A stretch of 64,000 bases of DNA from Mytilus edulis (taxonomy: Eukaryota). Positions within the stretch are counted from its first letter, which is position 1, and each line of letters opens with the position of its first letter. The translations under genes and the position numbers were made by a program. Location: positions 40,362,001-40,426,000 of the forward strand of contig NC_092352.1 of assembly GCF_963676685.1 (NCBI RefSeq). Reading direction: 5' to 3'. The notes under the pieces were generated by a model, which searched no databases, was not told the DNA's origin, and worked only from the letters and a program-made list of their open reading frames with translations. Of this stretch, positions 42,347-56,789 are shown piece by piece.

Positions 42347-45300
42347 TCACTGATTGTGTTGGCGTAGATTGTGGTGTAGCACTAGAGCACAACAACTCCC
42401 TCCCTGTCGTCTTTTTCGACTACCTCTTAAAGTCATGTGACTTGTAGCACTTTTACGTTTGTCAGAGTATTTTGATGGAGAGAATTCAAAGTCTGAATCA
42501 CTTGTAGAGTCAGCACATAATGAAGGTAGATGTTCAAGTTTACACAAAGATGATGATTTTGGTATGACGGATGACGTGGACGGACAATCTTCTAGGGTCG
42601 AGGACATTGGCGAAGACGCCAATCCTGAGGTCAAATCTTTATCACAGGAGTAACCAGGAGTAACTAATGAAAATCCTGATGCAAGAGGTGATGTGTTCAT
42701 AAATGAGATATTCAAGGTCATTGTTTTGACATTTTTACTGGCAGATGTTGGTTGGATAACAGACTCTTCCTCTGAGCATGAGGAAGCATCAAATCCTTCA
42801 TCAAGCTTGCTGCAATCACTGAATTCTGAAAAAAAACCACAAAACTTATTTAAACTATATAATCTTAATAAACACTGTAGTCAATTCAATAATCACTATT
42901 TCACGATATACTTAGATCTCAACTTGTTTACTTAACAGTTTTCTTCCTATTTTAGCATGGAATTTTGTATGTATTGGTTTATTAATAGTAGTGTCAGACA
43001 TGTGTTCTTAAATTTAAATACAGTTGTTGATTCGGATGCTTCAATGGTTTATCCCTCATTTTATTTACAAATCGATCTTTTTTATGAAATTGCTTTACAA
43101 AAAAATCCATTTGCTCCATCATGATTGTAAGTCTCTCACTGAATCCAAATGTAAAAATATTACATGTAGAAGCAATACCTTGAAATACATTCTATAAAGA
43201 TGCCTTTATTAATGTTTGAACCCTAATATTTTATAATTTCTTACCTTCTTCCTCTATAAAAGACTCATCTGCATCTTCTTTGTCACCATCATAACCAGAC
43301 AAAACAGAATCATGTGGTCGAACTCCTTCCATTGTCAAACTATTAAAAGTTCTTCTTTCTCTCATACGGGAATATGGTCTGCAATAGAAAGATAAAAAAT
43401 TAAGCCACATGTTTTAAACTTTCAAACTGAATCAAATTTCTAAAATGGTCTTCATTCTCATTTTTTTTAGCATTTTAAGTGCATTGAGGTTTTTTAACTT
43501 CAAAATCCTCTGTACTTTTACATTTTATGAAAATAAAATGTTTTATATACAAATTTTTAATGTAATTTTCAAATTTTTGTTATAATTTTGATGACATTCA
43601 AGATCTAATTATATTTTTCCTTTTGTTTTTTTATTTCATTTTGAGGATTTTTGTAAACTTGTATCTTATTTTTACTTACTTGTCATATTTCCTTTTCTTC
43701 CTGGAGGGAGATAAGATGAGCTCATCGTCATTCTTGAACTTGACACGCACATCACATCCCTGAAGTATGTGTTCTGTCACACCTAACATTATGCACAATT
43801 CTTCATAACTCATTATCTGAAATACACAAAAAAACATTAGAATCAAGGAGAGATATCATAATTATTTACTTCTACAAATTATACTTTTAAATGACATAAT
43901 GGAGATAACTTATATTTAAATTTGCTACTTCTAGCATTTATAATATATTCATTTTCAAATGATTTATGTATGAATTTATTAGCAAATATTGTTTTTGTAT
44001 GTTTTAGAAAACATTTTTCATGAATGCTATTGTTGAAGCTCATTTGATAAAGTGAAATGTAATTTACTTCATTTGACAAACTGTGTATACCAATGTGTTG
44101 TCTTTGTCTTGTAAAACGTACCTATATTTATTCTGTGTAACCCGTAGTACATTATAAACTAACACATGATAGTCAAGTCTTACCTGTATTTCACTGACTT
44201 TGTAGAACTTTTCTTCAGCATATCTAAGTTTAACAGACTGTAGTTTGACATCTCTATGATCCACAACTGATCCTTCCAAAAAGCTGAAATTGTAACAAAA
44301 TGAGCATATCAATGACTTTTCTCCATCTTCAACTAACATAATGTTATAGTTACACAGACAATGCTTTCAAAGCATAACGTTTTGATTTCATTATTAAATT
44401 CAAGTACAATATATTTGTGGATTCAAAAGTTTTAAACACAAAATATTTTTTGAAAAAAATTGACAATCTTCTAGAAAAAACATAAACAAAAATTAAAGTT
44501 CTGATAGCAAAAATAAAACTTACCACTTTTCATGAAGATGGAATGCACATCTACTTATATCTTCTATCTTATATCCTGTAAATAAACTCATCTTTGATGG
44601 CCAAGCATTTTCTGAAAATAAATAAATAATAAACTTTTTATAACAGTATAAGGGAGATAACTCTAAAATAAATTGCAACTTTTCAGATCTCTGTCTTAAA
44701 TACTAATAAAATTAATAGATGTTTTCCCTTCCTCACACTCATTTCTTCAAATTTCGATTTATTTATATTTGAAAAAAAAATGTCTTAGGATTAACAAACA
44801 AAGTATTTATGAATCATAAGCATCTTGTTAATACATACCATGCTTCATTAAGACACGAGCTAACAACACACAACTTGCAGCAATCTCTGCAGGGCTATAT
44901 TGTCCCATCTCAGCCTGAAGAAGGCAAAGTTCACAGATGTATTCAGCTAAGTAACATGACTTCTTATCCAGATCACAGAGTATACAGAATATCTCAACTA
45001 AATCAATGCTAGTGATTGTCCTAATGTTGCCCTTCAAGGTAGCAGCTATCTCGCCCATCATTCTGACAATATCTTCATATTTGTATGTACTGTCTGTCAG
45101 CCATGCTGCCTCTCTAATTGTGATAATGTCTTTGCCTAAATATCTGAAAAAATAAATTTAAACATTAATTTCATATATCAATGGGGTTTTCTATTTTGTG
45201 ACCTTAAATTATTGAAACCATAAAAAAATACATCATTTTCAATTCATGTTTGTTTTATTTCAATTTTAACTTGTTCAATTAGAAAGTCAATTAACCAACT

Positions 45301-48300
45301 TCTATTGAAGGTTTATATATTATCATCAGCAACATCAAAGACGTCAAAATGTATGGTTACCTTCCTTAGAACGACACAAAAAACAACATTTTTATGTTCT
45401 ATGCATTGACTTAAAAAATATTACTCACCTTGAACAAAGAAGCATAGCAGCAACACCTAATAATTGCAGTTTGGATCGAGATGTTTTGTGAACTTTTAAA
45501 AATCTATCCACCATACTAACGGCTACATGGAGTGTATGACTAGAGAAATCTTTCATCCCTGCTACTTCTACTAACCAGTCAACAAGAATGTATCTGAAAT
45601 AATTGAAAGAAAAAAAAAACACGTTAATAGGGAATTTATACATGAATATTATATTTCAATGTGAAAATCAAGTTCTAGGATAAATATATTATATTTCTAA
45701 TATTGTTGTTTTGATACGCTAATTTAAAATTACATTAAAGATAAATACAGTTTAAATGATACTATGATGTGATGATGTAGTATTTTTTTTTTTTTTTTTT
45801 TATTCATACAGTGTTGGATGCTTTAATTTCATGAATTTACAGACCATACACCAAGCAATTATAATCACATTTAAAAACAAGAATAACCAAATTTCCTGAA
45901 TTATTATTCTTACCTCATAGATTGTGTTAATTCCTGTGAGGTTTGAAAGCAGTCTTGTGTGTTTGTTGGTGATGTTGTCTGTACCAAATCTTTTACAAAG
46001 ATAGCTGCCTGGTGTTGAGATAAACCTCCATATTTCCCATGTGCGTAGAATTTACAGAGAGTCAGTTTAGCTTCAAGATAGCCTAAAGAAGTCAAATCCC
46101 TCAGTTCTCGTATACTTGTTAATTCTGTTCCTTTGTCCATTACCTATGAATTAAAATCAAGATAGATAAAAATCATCATAGAAAAATAATAAATAAAAAA
46201 GTATGCATTCTTTTTAAAACTTTTGAAAAGAGATAATAAATCATTAACTCAAAATCAAGTTCATGGGATTTTCATTCTGATCATTTACAGTTTTTTCATT
46301 TTTTTTAATGAAATATATTTCAGCATAAATATCATTTTACAATTCAATTGACGGACTGTAAGAAGTAATGTTCATTTTGATTTCTCTAAGTCTTTGTTTG
46401 TATTTACCATTTTATCATATTTCTGTTGCCAGAACATAAATGCTGCCACGCCTGATCCAAGTTCAGCGCCATCCTTCAGATACTGGAATATCTCTGTTTT
46501 ATCTTCTGATTCCAGTAACATTAATGTCCTAGCTACACATACATGGATATTTTTGTCTTTTGTCTGAAATAATCAATATTCAATGTTAAAGGTTATTGAT
46601 TCAATTGTGTCATTTGATTTATATTCAAAAGGCACATTCAGTGCTGATAAAATAAATGTTTTACAACAATAATTTTGTAGAAAGATACTACCTCATTGAC
46701 AATTATCGTAAATCAACATTCATTCATATTTGACTTATTTCCCCTTTTGTGTCATTAACTCAAGAAAAATAAAATGCAAAAAATCAGATTTTCCAAAATT
46801 AAAGCAAGCTGATTATATGTTTAAAATGTCCATCATACTTTTCCCCATACTTAAAAATGGTTTGAAAGGTGTTTCACAATAATTAAACCTTATGTCATGA
46901 AACTGTAAACATCTCAGACCATTGTCATGAAAATTTCAGTTAATCCTCTGGTCAATTTTGGTCGCAAGATTTTTTTTTAGTAATGCGCTGCTGGTATTAT
47001 CATTCCTTACCGTTTTAATAAAATCTTTCATGTATTTGAAGACACATTCTTTGCAGCAAGCACCATTAACAGACCATGGCGGTCGTATAAACAGCCATGT
47101 AAAAGGATCTGTGTTTGGACTTAGTCCTTCAATTCTACAAAATATATCTGCTGCCTTCTCTCCATTGTTGATGGTCTTCTTTCCTTCCAAATCGGTAGGT
47201 ACTGAAACAAAAAATTAAATCATATATAATTAAGCTTTCAAAGTATTATTTCATTATCTTTTACTATTAGCACACAAAAAAATTAATTTGTTTTCTTGAT
47301 TTGGAATTGTTTCAGAAACCAGAACAGACCGGTATGGTATTTTTGGTCAGAGGAAATAGATGAGGCAAAACTAAAAATTATGTGTTGATTGTCTTTAACC
47401 TAAACTATAATATTTATTTATTTAGTTTTTCAAACCCTATGTGCATATTTCTTAATTATAGCTTGTACATAAAAACAGCTCTACCATATTGCTTTTCTTT
47501 TTTAATCTAATCATGAATTGTTTGTTTAATTGATTTAAGTTACATTTTCTTTTCATCTGTTCATTTTCTTTTGTCAAAACTCTGTTTGTTATAACAAAAA
47601 AATATAAATGAACCTGCTATTTTACGTCATACATTGTACAAGTTTTTGTCAGAAGAAATTAACACCTTTATATATAAAATCAACAAAGGGAAGACAAATT
47701 TACATGTTCATTTCACACCCCATGTCCTGCGTAAACAAAAAGGACAAATATATAAATAACTTTGTGATAAAAAGGTCTACTTACATCCTTCATTATAGAG
47801 GTAGGCAATGGCCATTTTGATCAATGCTTCAAGATTTCCCAAATCTCCAGCTCTGAAAAAGAAACGAGGGTTTAATATATATACAGTGAATCACTACAGC
47901 ATAATAATTTTAATAGAATAAAACTAAATTATGAACTTGAAACATCAAAATTTCTTTCTATTAATCTATGTTACATATATCTTGAAATGTGTATTCATAT
48001 GCATACTCTGTCATTTCAACCAGAGTATAGGGGAATGAAACAACATCATCATGTGTAGGTGTAAAAATAACTCATTGCATTGCAAGTCTTCATCATGACA
48101 GTTGCTGATGCAGTGTTTGTACTCAAATTATAAACTAGTTCAATGATACTTACTTCTCAAAATGTGGAATGTTTTTCAGTGACGGCCATTCATCTTGAAA
48201 ACTTGTGGAATTCCAGATCACAGAACTGTTTTCTATTAAATCTTTAAAGTATGGGTGAACCTGGGGAAAGAAAACACTAGTTATTTCAGAACTACTTAAA

Positions 48301-48958
48301 TTGTTATTATTTGTTTTATGTGAATTAATACATAAATATTGAGTCAATGTAAGCAAAATTCTATGCATTCTTACAAAATGATATGAAATTGAAAAATAAA
48401 TAATAAAAATATTTTGAAAATTTAAACTAACTCTTAACTAACTAAAGTTTTGTGACATGTATCTGAGATGAAGCAGACTATTTGTTGTTGTACATAAAAT
48501 TAAATCACAATATTATAAAAATATACTTTACTTACAGCTCTCAAATTAAGAACATCTCTGATGTGTAATCCTTTAATAATATACAGCAAAAGTTCTTCAG
48601 GTAAATTCCATATTGTCATCTGACTCCGTGTTCTTGGACGAAGATGCATGTGGACTGGGATAAATGTGTTTGGAGACTTTTGAAATTTGCTGAGTGCATT
48701 TAGAACTGTAAAAAAATAATGAGCATACATGTAAATTGGTTACAACGGGAAATATGCATGCATGTAATTTAAGTATTAAGTGATTTTGCTGTAAAAAATA
48801 AACATTCATAGAATTCTAAAACTTTAAAATTTAATTTTAGCACTTGAATTACAAATGTACAGTAAACATTTGATGCATTTTCATAATTTTACAATGTTGC
48901 TATATTTTGATTATGAATTATAAAAGTACTTACGAATTTTTACAAACATGGTTTTCAT
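42347..48958 (-). CDS. CCNF: Cyclin F (FBXO1), ~784 aa, 14 coding exons
   Basis: GT-AG exons in continuous phase: 48958-48934, 48705-48536, 48260-48154, 47852-47785, 47201-47011, 46563-46408, 46143-45914, 45593-45429, 45143-44839, 44611-44524, 44283-44184, 43816-43680, 43378-43245 and 42825-42347 (2355 nt). F-box (IWNLPEELLLYI...), GNLEALIKMAIAYLYNEG, WLFIRPPWS, cyclin box MRYILVDWLVEVA, TIREAAWLTD, and a Ser/acidic PEST tail. The first exon is the least certain. Confidence 0.93.
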
Positions 48959-48979
48959 ATAAGGAATGTCAGTTATGAT

Positions 48980-49185
48980 AAAGTTCAAATAAGATCCACA
49001 TCAAGTATAAGTTATGCAAAATTATCATGAATGTTGAAAGTTTATTTTTGTCATTGAAACATCGATACCGTGAACCTACCATTTATTTTTAGTAACAAGC
49101 AGGGTGTCCCCGCTTTTGATTGGTTGTCAATGTAAACAAGCCGGCACTTGCAAAGGTCGATAACCAATGAGCGATTTGAAAATAA
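48980..49185 (-). promoter_or_regulatory. Candidate G2/M-type promoter of CCNF
   Basis: CCAAT boxes at 49119-49123 (-) and 49164-49168 (+), forkhead-like TGTAAACA at 49131-49138, CHR-like TTTGAA at 49175-49180 and on the minus strand near 48984-48989. Confidence 0.45.
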
Positions 49186-52100
49186 ACGTGTTTCAATGAC
49201 ACTAATGAATGCTATTCATAATTTATTTAGCACAAGTCTGAACATATTCATCGTCGTATACACCTGTTATCAACTAATAATTAGATAGGTAAAAGTGTTT
49301 GATACATGTGATAACAAGAAATCAATAAAACAATAAAATTGTTCGATGAATATCAAACATGTTTATCATTTTGTCTTCGACAGTTCGACTGGACTGGAGC
49401 CAGTGGATGTCAGTTCACAAGTTTTCGTCACTTAACATTCTATATTCTTGCAAATGGCACGTCAAGTATGTTACAATGACCGTCAATCACTTTGTTTACC
49501 ATTTAAATTTACGATAAGCCTACTCAAATTTGGATCACAAGCTGGACCCTTCCTGCATTTGACTGCTTGATGAGTAAACAGAATGCACTCGTCTTTGATG
49601 GACTATTGTGATTACTTAAATCTTTATATATCATTATATGGATACGAAGAAACATTTTCATTACCCGAAAAAAATGGATTTTATTATTTTTATCGTGAAA
49701 GTTGTAGAGTTCAAATGTTATGATGCATTTTCAGTAACATCGTTTATAACAAAATTAATTTTTGAAACACGCCTTGAAGAAACCGTTATTGAATAGCACA
49801 TTTAACTCTTCTTTTCCAAAAAGATCTATTTTCTTATGTTGTTATTACTTTCCATTGACAAACTTTCAAAAATTTAAACCGCCCATAATATTTGCCCTGT
49901 TATGACCTTTCACTTTCTTTTCTTTAATTTTTATAAATGGCATTTTTTATTGAACATGTAACTTACCTTTCATTACTCTGAATTGCTATAAATTTCATAA
50001 ATTTAGGCATAAATACGTTATCCAAAAGTTTAAACTCCGAAAAAGTGATGCACCCTATCTTGTCAAAATTAAACACCAACAATCCGAATATACTCGACGC
50101 TGATTGGTCAAAATTGTTACACTCGTTTACAAACGAGAGGAAATGGGCTTTCCCCGCCTTTGTGATGTTCATTCAAATATTTAAAAATTGGACACGTGTG
50201 TACACAACAGCATCCTCATCGCATACAGTCGAATTAAATCTTTTTATTGCAATTTACTCATAATTTGTTCTAAGAATTTAATTCTTTATATGAAAAATGT
50301 ATATTGACATTGAAATCCCTGATGGTGATAAAGAAAAGATGCTTTATTATTTTTTTAAATAGGTCACAATCGGGAATCAGATAATTTTTAAACTACAATT
50401 TAAGGGGGGTCATTTAAAAAAAGAAGAGAATTTAGACATTAACAATTATTTACTTGTTGTTGAGAATCAAAGAAAATTCGTAATGGGCTACATCAAGTTA
50501 GAAGATATCTGATATTTATGTGAAAATGAAATTATTATCTTTATAACGTCATATATATATTTTTAATATTGAAATAAAAATTCGTTTGTTATTTTCATCG
50601 TTGAATTTAAAATATAAGGACGCAGATTTAGACATATGTTATTGGTGGCAAGTTAACGGAAGATATACTGGTCAGTCCAAGGATTTTCAGTCTTAACGGA
50701 ACATATGTAACTGTCCATAATTACATAATATGTCAGCAGATTTCATTTGTGTGAAACGTGTATAAATCCGTCTTTCCCTTAGGGTCAGTTCAATAACTGT
50801 AATTCTATATTGTAAATGTATGATCAAATAATGTTTTAACAGCAATCAACGACTGCCTTCGGGTAGCGGCAAAAATAAATGTGTCAAACCAAACACTTAC
50901 GATTGGAAAATAAATTACCCATGTTTGTCTTCTATTTGTGATCTGATTCTGATGTTAAGATCTTTGAAATATGATGAAAATAATTTTAAAATTTAATATA
51001 TATATAAGGAATAAGATGTATTGAATATAGTACTTGAATCATCATCAAATTGAGTGAATTGGGTTCAGGACTATGTTGGTCTACTTCAAAGGAAAAGATT
51101 AATTGGTGATTACGGCCATACTGTGCCGTGTCTGATCCTGTCGTGGACACTGCAGAGATTTTCACACTACATCAGTGTAATTAATTGATTTGTTGACCAT
51201 TGGCCAGGTTAATTATATCAATATGTGCATGCAGTGAGATCAGTTAGTTCATTAATTTGATGATCAGTTTAATAGTAATTGCATTAATGAAATTGAACGT
51301 TGAAGTTCTTTTGTTTTCACTAGCTGTTAAAATTCAATTTATTTTGTTCAAAAATTTAGATCTCTTTGTGCATATCGTCAATTGAAACTATAATTTTGAC
51401 AATACGTAACTATATTTATTGGCGTCCAAGATTTATAAAAATGGTTAATGCAACACTTATCTTCACGAATTTTACAATAATTTGGTCATTTCACACTATT
51501 TCGCAATAGACTGTCCTTGGACTGTCATACTAATATAATGGTCACATATTTAGCACATCTCCGAAAAAACATATTATATAGCTGAGTATGTAATAAAGAA
51601 TATAATAAACCAATATGTCAGTTTAGTTGTTAATTATCACAATTAACATCATCACCATTTATTGAGTTTATCAGACTTGTTAATTGCATTCGACTCATGA
51701 TGATGACACGCGTGCCATTGTAATTTGATTATTATAATATCAAAGATTAAATTTGGTCAAGGATCACTCGACAATAAAAGATACAGCAATACAAACAAAT
51801 ATAGTATAAAACAGACATTAGAAAGTGGGTTATAAAAATGCCTTACTAAAAGTTTTTATAAACAATAAAAAAAAATATATATAAAAAAAATTTACAGCAA
51901 TTTTTCGTCACATGTTTTTTTTTTACGGATTTGTTGTTTTAACACATCATAATGACACTGACATACATAATCATAATTTAAAGTAATAATATTTATAATC
52001 ACTTTAAAAATAAAACCATGTCAAAATGATTATCATGGATTAAATGATAAGAACAAGGACATACCCTTAAGATAAACTATCAATCATTGACTATGTTCTT

Positions 52101-53462
52101 CACAGTTTAAATAGTCACTATCAATTTAATGACATGTAAGATATGAAGAAAAGGGGTTGTAACGGTACAACTAACAACAATATCCTTGTTGTCTTTTGAA
52201 AGCTTCAAAATATTAAATTAAAGAATACATCGATGATCGTCTTGCAATGGCGAGTTATCTCGGACAAACCAAGACACTGCTTTAAGTCAAGACAACGCTT
52301 AATTGTAATCGGTATACTAAATAGGTTTAAACAATACACTTTTAAAAACCGATTACTTATATATATCAGATCGAGAACATCTTATAGTAATGTGACATAG
52401 ATATGAACCCCGCTTTGTACATAACCGACATGGCGACCATGACTCTGTGTTTAACGTGCTATAAGTAACTATAGGTGAAGTTCACAGGAAGACATCTTAT
52501 TACTCTGCCCAGACACACAGTTCTGACCCTGCGATCAGACACGTCTTTGCTCTTAGTGCCGTCTGTGCTTAGGGGAGTAGCAGCAGATATCCACAATTTT
52601 CAAGTCTATAACTTTAACCGTCCGGAATTAAATTACGACCGTTTGCATAGGAAAGTAGCAGGCTTCCAGGAGACAAACATGGTGGGTTAAAGAAAAAAGA
52701 GACAAGGCATAAATGAGATAAAATATTACAGTTAATATTTTTTAGTTGATAATATAACTTTACTTAAACTAGTACACTTCATTTTAAAAATTTCGGAAAG
52801 AAGAAGCAGTATGTTTTTTATTTGCATTTTTTGTTTGTAAAATGCATAACGTCTAGAACGAACGCCAGGCACTAAAGACGTGAGATGTATAAATACTGAA
52901 TAACCATTCAAAAGAAGGAGCCTGTAATTCAGTGATTGTCGTTTGTTGCTATGTTGCATATTTGTTTTTCGTTCATTTTTTGTACATTAATTAGGCCCTT
53001 AGTTTTCTCGTTTGAATTGTTTTTGTCATTTTTCATTGCTGGACCCTTTCTGAAATACTATGCGGTATAGGCTTTGCTCATTGTTCAAGGCCGTACAGTG
53101 ACCTGTAGTTGATAATTTCTGTGTCATTTGATCTTTTTGAATGAGTAGTCTCGTTGGCAATCATACCACATCTTCTTTTTCATAATAGCAAACGATATAA
53201 ATGTATTGTATTTTACATGTACGGTTTTTTATGAATTATTAGGTGTCTTCATTTTTAAGAACAATTATTAAATGCTTATAAGGAGTAAGCATGTTGTCAT
53301 GAAGTCACACATTTTAAAAACATTTAATTTTGTTCAAGTTACATGCGTATATTGGTTATTTGTGTTTGATTTAGAATTGACAGTATTTGTACCAAGAGCG
53401 ATAACTCTAATTTGTTCTTATGACTTGAACGCAGAGCACAGATAGATAAATGTCTACTTGAC

Positions 53463-53501
53463 CAAGGATTTGTATAGTATTGTTTACTATACAAATCCTT
53501 G
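53463..53501. mobile_element. 39-bp palindrome with 7-bp TSD (candidate P-element excision footprint)
   Basis: ACTTGAC|caaggatttgtatagta-ttgtt-tactatacaaatccttg|ACTTGAC, with perfect 17-bp arms. Confidence 0.8.
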
Positions 53502-53769
53502 ACTTGACTAATCGGTTGACTTCATTAGTTCAGAATTAAGGTCTTAGTATTAACAAAACTTATATCTACACATGGTTTTCATATGGTATATTCCATTCCT
53601 TGGATTTTTTTTCACTTATTTTATTCGAAGCAAGGAAATTATCTAAAGGCTTCTATATTATTTTACTGATACAGGAAAACAGGTGAACCTTCATTATTCA
53701 TAAGGATACTATTATAATGTTCCCTGTCTCAGCATTCTTACTTGCATATCACCACCACAGAAAAAAAGA

Positions 53770-54070
53770 CACGTTGAGAAACTGCGACGAGCTTACTGGA
53801 AATATATAGAGAGTATAGTAACAACACAACAGATCGATCACAAACTTTAAGGCACTAGCAAGGAGCATTTTTGAATCAACATAAAACAAGATACCGTGAC
53901 GTTTAAAGATATTATATGTCTCTGATCAAACAAAAGACCTGAAATTTGATAAAAACTTTATCAACACGCAGATAGATTTCAGCAAAGCATTTGATAAAGT
54001 GTTGAACACAGTCTATTAACACATGAATTTGGATCCAAAAGTTCCCAAGAGACAGAAAACAAGCTGTACT
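53770..54070 (+). pseudogene. Highly decayed non-LTR retrotransposon RT fragment
   Basis: atagatttcagcaaagcatttgataaagtg at ~53972-54001 translates to IDFSKAFDKV, a conserved LINE RT motif. No intact ORF. Confidence 0.55.
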
Positions 54071-54799
54071 CTATTGTAATGGAATTTGATGCGATTGTCA
54101 TAGAAGTGAGAGGTTTAGCTACTTTAAAACCAGGTTCAATCCACCATTTTCTACATAAGAAAATGCCTGTACCAAGTCAGGAATATGACAGTTGTTATCC
54201 ATTCGTTTGATGTAAAAGAGCTATTGATTTTGCCATTGATTTGGGACTTTCCTTTTTGAATTTTCAAGGAGTTCAGTATTTTTGTGTTTCTTCTTTTTGT
54301 GACAAAATAATTGATAAAAATCTCAAACTAGGTTGGACACTTTTATTAAACGTTGAGTGGTATCAATATCATTACTACAAATTATAGTTGGGTAGAGAGA
54401 TGAGAGAAAAGAACAATAAGCAGACCATGCTATATTACAAACATATCAACAAAATTTCAATATTTCAACACCTATTGTATTCTAGATTTTCCTGTTGCTG
54501 ATTCCAGCCTTTCTTCAATTGATTGTGAGTTTGCTTCCTCCTTTATTGTGCATGGTATAAGTCAATACGATAGCTAGAGTTTCACGCTACGATAATAGTT
54601 GTCACAATAGAACAGTGTGAGGATGTTTAAAGTGACAGGAACATCAACAAAGCCTGGAAAAATTTTTACACCTCTGAATTACAGTAAGGAGGTACAGCAT
54701 AAAAAAAGATACAGCATTTTATCAGTTGAACATTTTACCTGAAGGCCAGATCGTTAACCTAAAATTTCAACAAAAGCCACCTGAAATCGAGGATACAAC

Positions 54800-55680
54800 T
54801 ATACCGTGTGTGCAGGAACCGTGGACAGTTCCACCGCAAATTAACTTTCAGTCTGTTTTTTACCAACCAACTGGATCTGTATACCAATCAACAACCAGTT
54901 GACCGCCTGTTGTGTCGAGAACTTTACAGCCAACAAAAGTTGATCGATCGAAAATTCCGCACACCTTGCTGGTTAATTCAAAAGGACCAACAACAACTGG
55001 ACCAGCGCCACCATCTCTTTCAAATACTGGTACTCCGTTGGCAGTTAATACACTCCCGCTGCCTCCTTTACAGACACCGTCTCACCTTTCAGCCAAAGCT
55101 GTATCAACTACAACGACAGCAGTAACAGTTGGGACAGCAGCAGCAACAACCGTTCCAGCTACATCTACATCAGCAGTTTCGATAACATCTGCACCAACAG
55201 CAGCAGTCCCAACCATATCATCAGTAATTTCAGCAGGTTGGACAATAATACCTTCCCATGCTGAACATCTATCTTAAAGATTGAGAAATTTATAGGCGAC
55301 AATTCGCAAAATCCTGAAACATGTTGAAATGATTAAAAGCAATATTGTTCATGTTATGTCGTGGAATTGTCAAAACAAAAGACTGCCGAGTCATCCCCTT
55401 TCCATTTAGGACACCATGTCAGAATTAAGTATGTCACTTTTTAACTAATTTTGACGAATTGCATGATCTGTTTTCAAAGAAAGATTCAAAGAATAGCAAC
55501 GTTTGTTATATATATATATATATTTACACCTTACAATATTACAAATTCATCAAGAGGGACTTAATTTATCAAAGTTGTTAAAACTCATAGAAATATATCT
55601 GACCATATATTACTGAATGGGTTAAGGTCTGATTTTAAAACAATTGTCATGACAAAAGAACTCCAAAACATATAAAAGTT
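54800..55680 (+). pseudogene. Decayed Ty3/Gypsy gag remnant
   Basis: Thr/Ala/Pro-rich segment followed by gag-like pieces KIEKFIGDNSQNPET, IPFHLG and ILLNGLRSDFKTIVMTKE, broken by stops and frameshifts. Confidence 0.5.
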
Positions 55681-56789
55681 TATATATTGTCTTAATTAGC
55701 AACTGTTTTGTTTGTTCTGTCTTGTGGTAAATATTGTACATAATTGAGTATTTGACTGTCTTCTCTATATCTATGTATATGTTTTATTGAGAATAAAGAT
55801 ATATATATAGTTATAGCTTGTCGCAATTTTAACCAAAAGGACAGTGAACCAGCGAACATACATATCTTCATTTTGTCGAAGACAAGTGCCTGTTTACATA
55901 TGCTTTTTTAAATACCAATCATAAATGGACTTCACATTTTATTGTTTTGAAGTGACATTAAAAAAATAGAGACAAAGTATACACGAGGGATAGGGTCCTT
56001 AATTTCTGTATTCTCTATTTTTATGCCACTTTTCTCTATTCTTCTTTATATTTTTATCCCATTATTCTCTTCTTTTTTTGGAAATGGGGAATGTGTCAAA
56101 GAGATAACAACCAGACCAAAGAGCAAACAACAGCCGAAGGCCACCAATTGGTCTTCAATGCAGCGAAAAACTCCCGCAACCGGAGGCGTGCTTAAGCTGG
56201 AACCTAAATAAACTGGACCCTGCTGTTGTTTCAATCTTGTCTATTGTGCCGAAGTATCAATCAGCGGGTGGCCAGTTAAGAACCTACACAAAAATGTATA
56301 CTAGTTCAGTGATAATGGACGTCTAGTCTCATACTAAATTCCGAAATATACACAAGAAACTATAATATAAAAAATCATAAAAATCATAGATCATAGACTA
56401 ACAAAGGCCAAAGGCTCCTGACTTGGGTCAGGCGCAAAAATGCGGCGGGGTTAAACATGTTTTTGAGATTTCAACCCTCCTCTGTGACCTCTGGCCAATG
56501 TAGAAAAAAACAAACACACAACAACACGCACAGTACTTGAAAACTCAGCTCAAAAGAGGTCCGAGTCCGATGTCAGAATATATAACAAAAGAATCTAAAC
56601 AAAATGACAATGATACATAAATTAACAAAGGACTACTAGCAGTTACTGACATGCCAGCTCCAAACCTCAATTAAACTGATTGAAAGATTATGTCTTCGAC
56701 ATCATATGGATATCAAATACAACCCATCTCGTTAGAGGCATCATAACATATATGGGAGGAATATAACCCGTATCATGCCAACATTTGTC

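Noticed and set aside
54912-55277. Thr/Ala-rich mucin-like host gene
   Set aside because: Non-ATG start, no splice support, and contiguous with decayed gag-like sequence.
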